The notes below the pieces were generated by a model. It saw nothing but the letters and a program-made list of their open reading frames with translations, was not told the DNA's origin and did no database searches. Shown here piece by piece: positions 63,128 through 64,000 of a stretch of DNA of 64,000 nucleotides (position 1 is the first letter of the stretch; the number at the start of each line of letters is the position of its first letter). This DNA comes from Psilocybe cubensis. Taxonomy: Eukaryota. The stretch covers positions 1,178,001 to 1,242,000 of the forward strand of contig CM039008.1 of assembly GCA_017499595.2 (NCBI GenBank), written 5' to 3'. The translations under genes were made by a program, and so were the position numbers.

Positions 63128-64000
63128 ATGATATCCTTTGCTGAATTAGTCGGAAACTCCACAGTGGTGCTTTTGGATGGCGGCCTTGTAAGCTTCAAAA
63201 GTTTAGCCTCTTTCCTGGCATACTTTAATTTAATGCCTTGATGAAAAACGTTACTCACACTAACATCCAGGGAACCACACTCGAGGACTACGTGGGCCTC
63301 GAAATATCTCAATCACCGCTCTGGTCTGCGCAACCTATTGCTTCTGCGAGTGAAGAGATAATGAAGGCCCATCTACTGTTTCTGCGTGCTGGGGCTAAAA
63401 TTCTGTCAACGTCAACGTGCGCTTCGCTGAGCGGATATCACTGTTAAAATTATTCTGAGTATGTTTGCTAGATACCAGTGCTCTGTAGAGACATTTCAGG
63501 CCGCAGGATTTGATTCAGAGCTGGCAAAGTCGCTTATGCTTAAGTCTGTTCTCATCGCTACAAAAGCAAGGGAAATTTTTGAAGCAGAATCCATACAAGC
63601 AGGCTTCCCACTTCAGAATCCAACTATCATTGCACTATCTCTAGGGCCTTTTGGCGCTATCCTAAAGCCAACACAGGAGTTCCGCGGGTTCTACCCACCA
63701 CCGTACGGTCCTTTGGAATACAGTGATGATCATATAAATCACAATTCATTCAAAGAGAACGAATCGAAACAAGAGGCTGATGCGATAGATGCGCTGACGC
63801 AATTTCATTATGAACGTCTCTTGGTATATGCATCCTCTGTTAATACGTGGAAGAGCATAGACTGCATTGCTTTCGAAACCGTCCCACTCAAGCGCGAGGT
63901 AATCGCAATTCGCCACGCCATCCAACTGCTGCATACTTGGATTGTAAAAAGAGGAGGTGAAATGAAACCCTGGTGGATCAGTTGTGTCTTCCCCGACGGG
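63128..64000 (+). CDS. Homocysteine S-methyltransferase (Sam4/Mht1 family), 5' part; runs off the window
   Basis: LLDGGL-GTTLED, PLWSA, AHLLFLRAGAKILSTSTYQ, LSLGPFGA, IAFETVP. Confidence 0.9.

Overview
Intron-rich fungal (Agaricomycete-type basidiomycete) genomic DNA. Housekeeping genes sit at both ends. Left: GH18 chitinase, MTR4 helicase, catalase. Right: RPL23, an RBM18-like RRM gene, tRNA-Gly(GCC) and a partial homocysteine S-methyltransferase. The central ~46 kb is a mobile-element cluster with four parts. (1) An ~8 kb Crypton-type tyrosine-recombinase element with an apparently intact GEN1/Yen1-like Holliday-junction resolvase gene directly downstream. (2) An ~18 kb Plavaka-transposase element whose cargo genes (Spt5 paralogue, DUF6532-like protein, JmjC dioxygenase, Pcl-type cyclin, two small helical proteins) diverge from a perfect 2x97-bp central palindrome that shares a motif with the element ends. 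(3) A three-level nest inside a pseudo-metacaspase gene: an ORF1-only 'half-LINE', interrupted by a full-length Tad1-like LINE that has the same 3' stem-loop tail, itself interrupted by an intact Ty3/Gypsy chromovirus in which I found no CpG dinucleotide over 6.4 kb. (4) Outside the cluster, a 1.2-kb long-TIR non-autonomous DNA transposon next to the tRNA. All calls were made by eye from motifs; no database searches were run and spliced gene models are manual.
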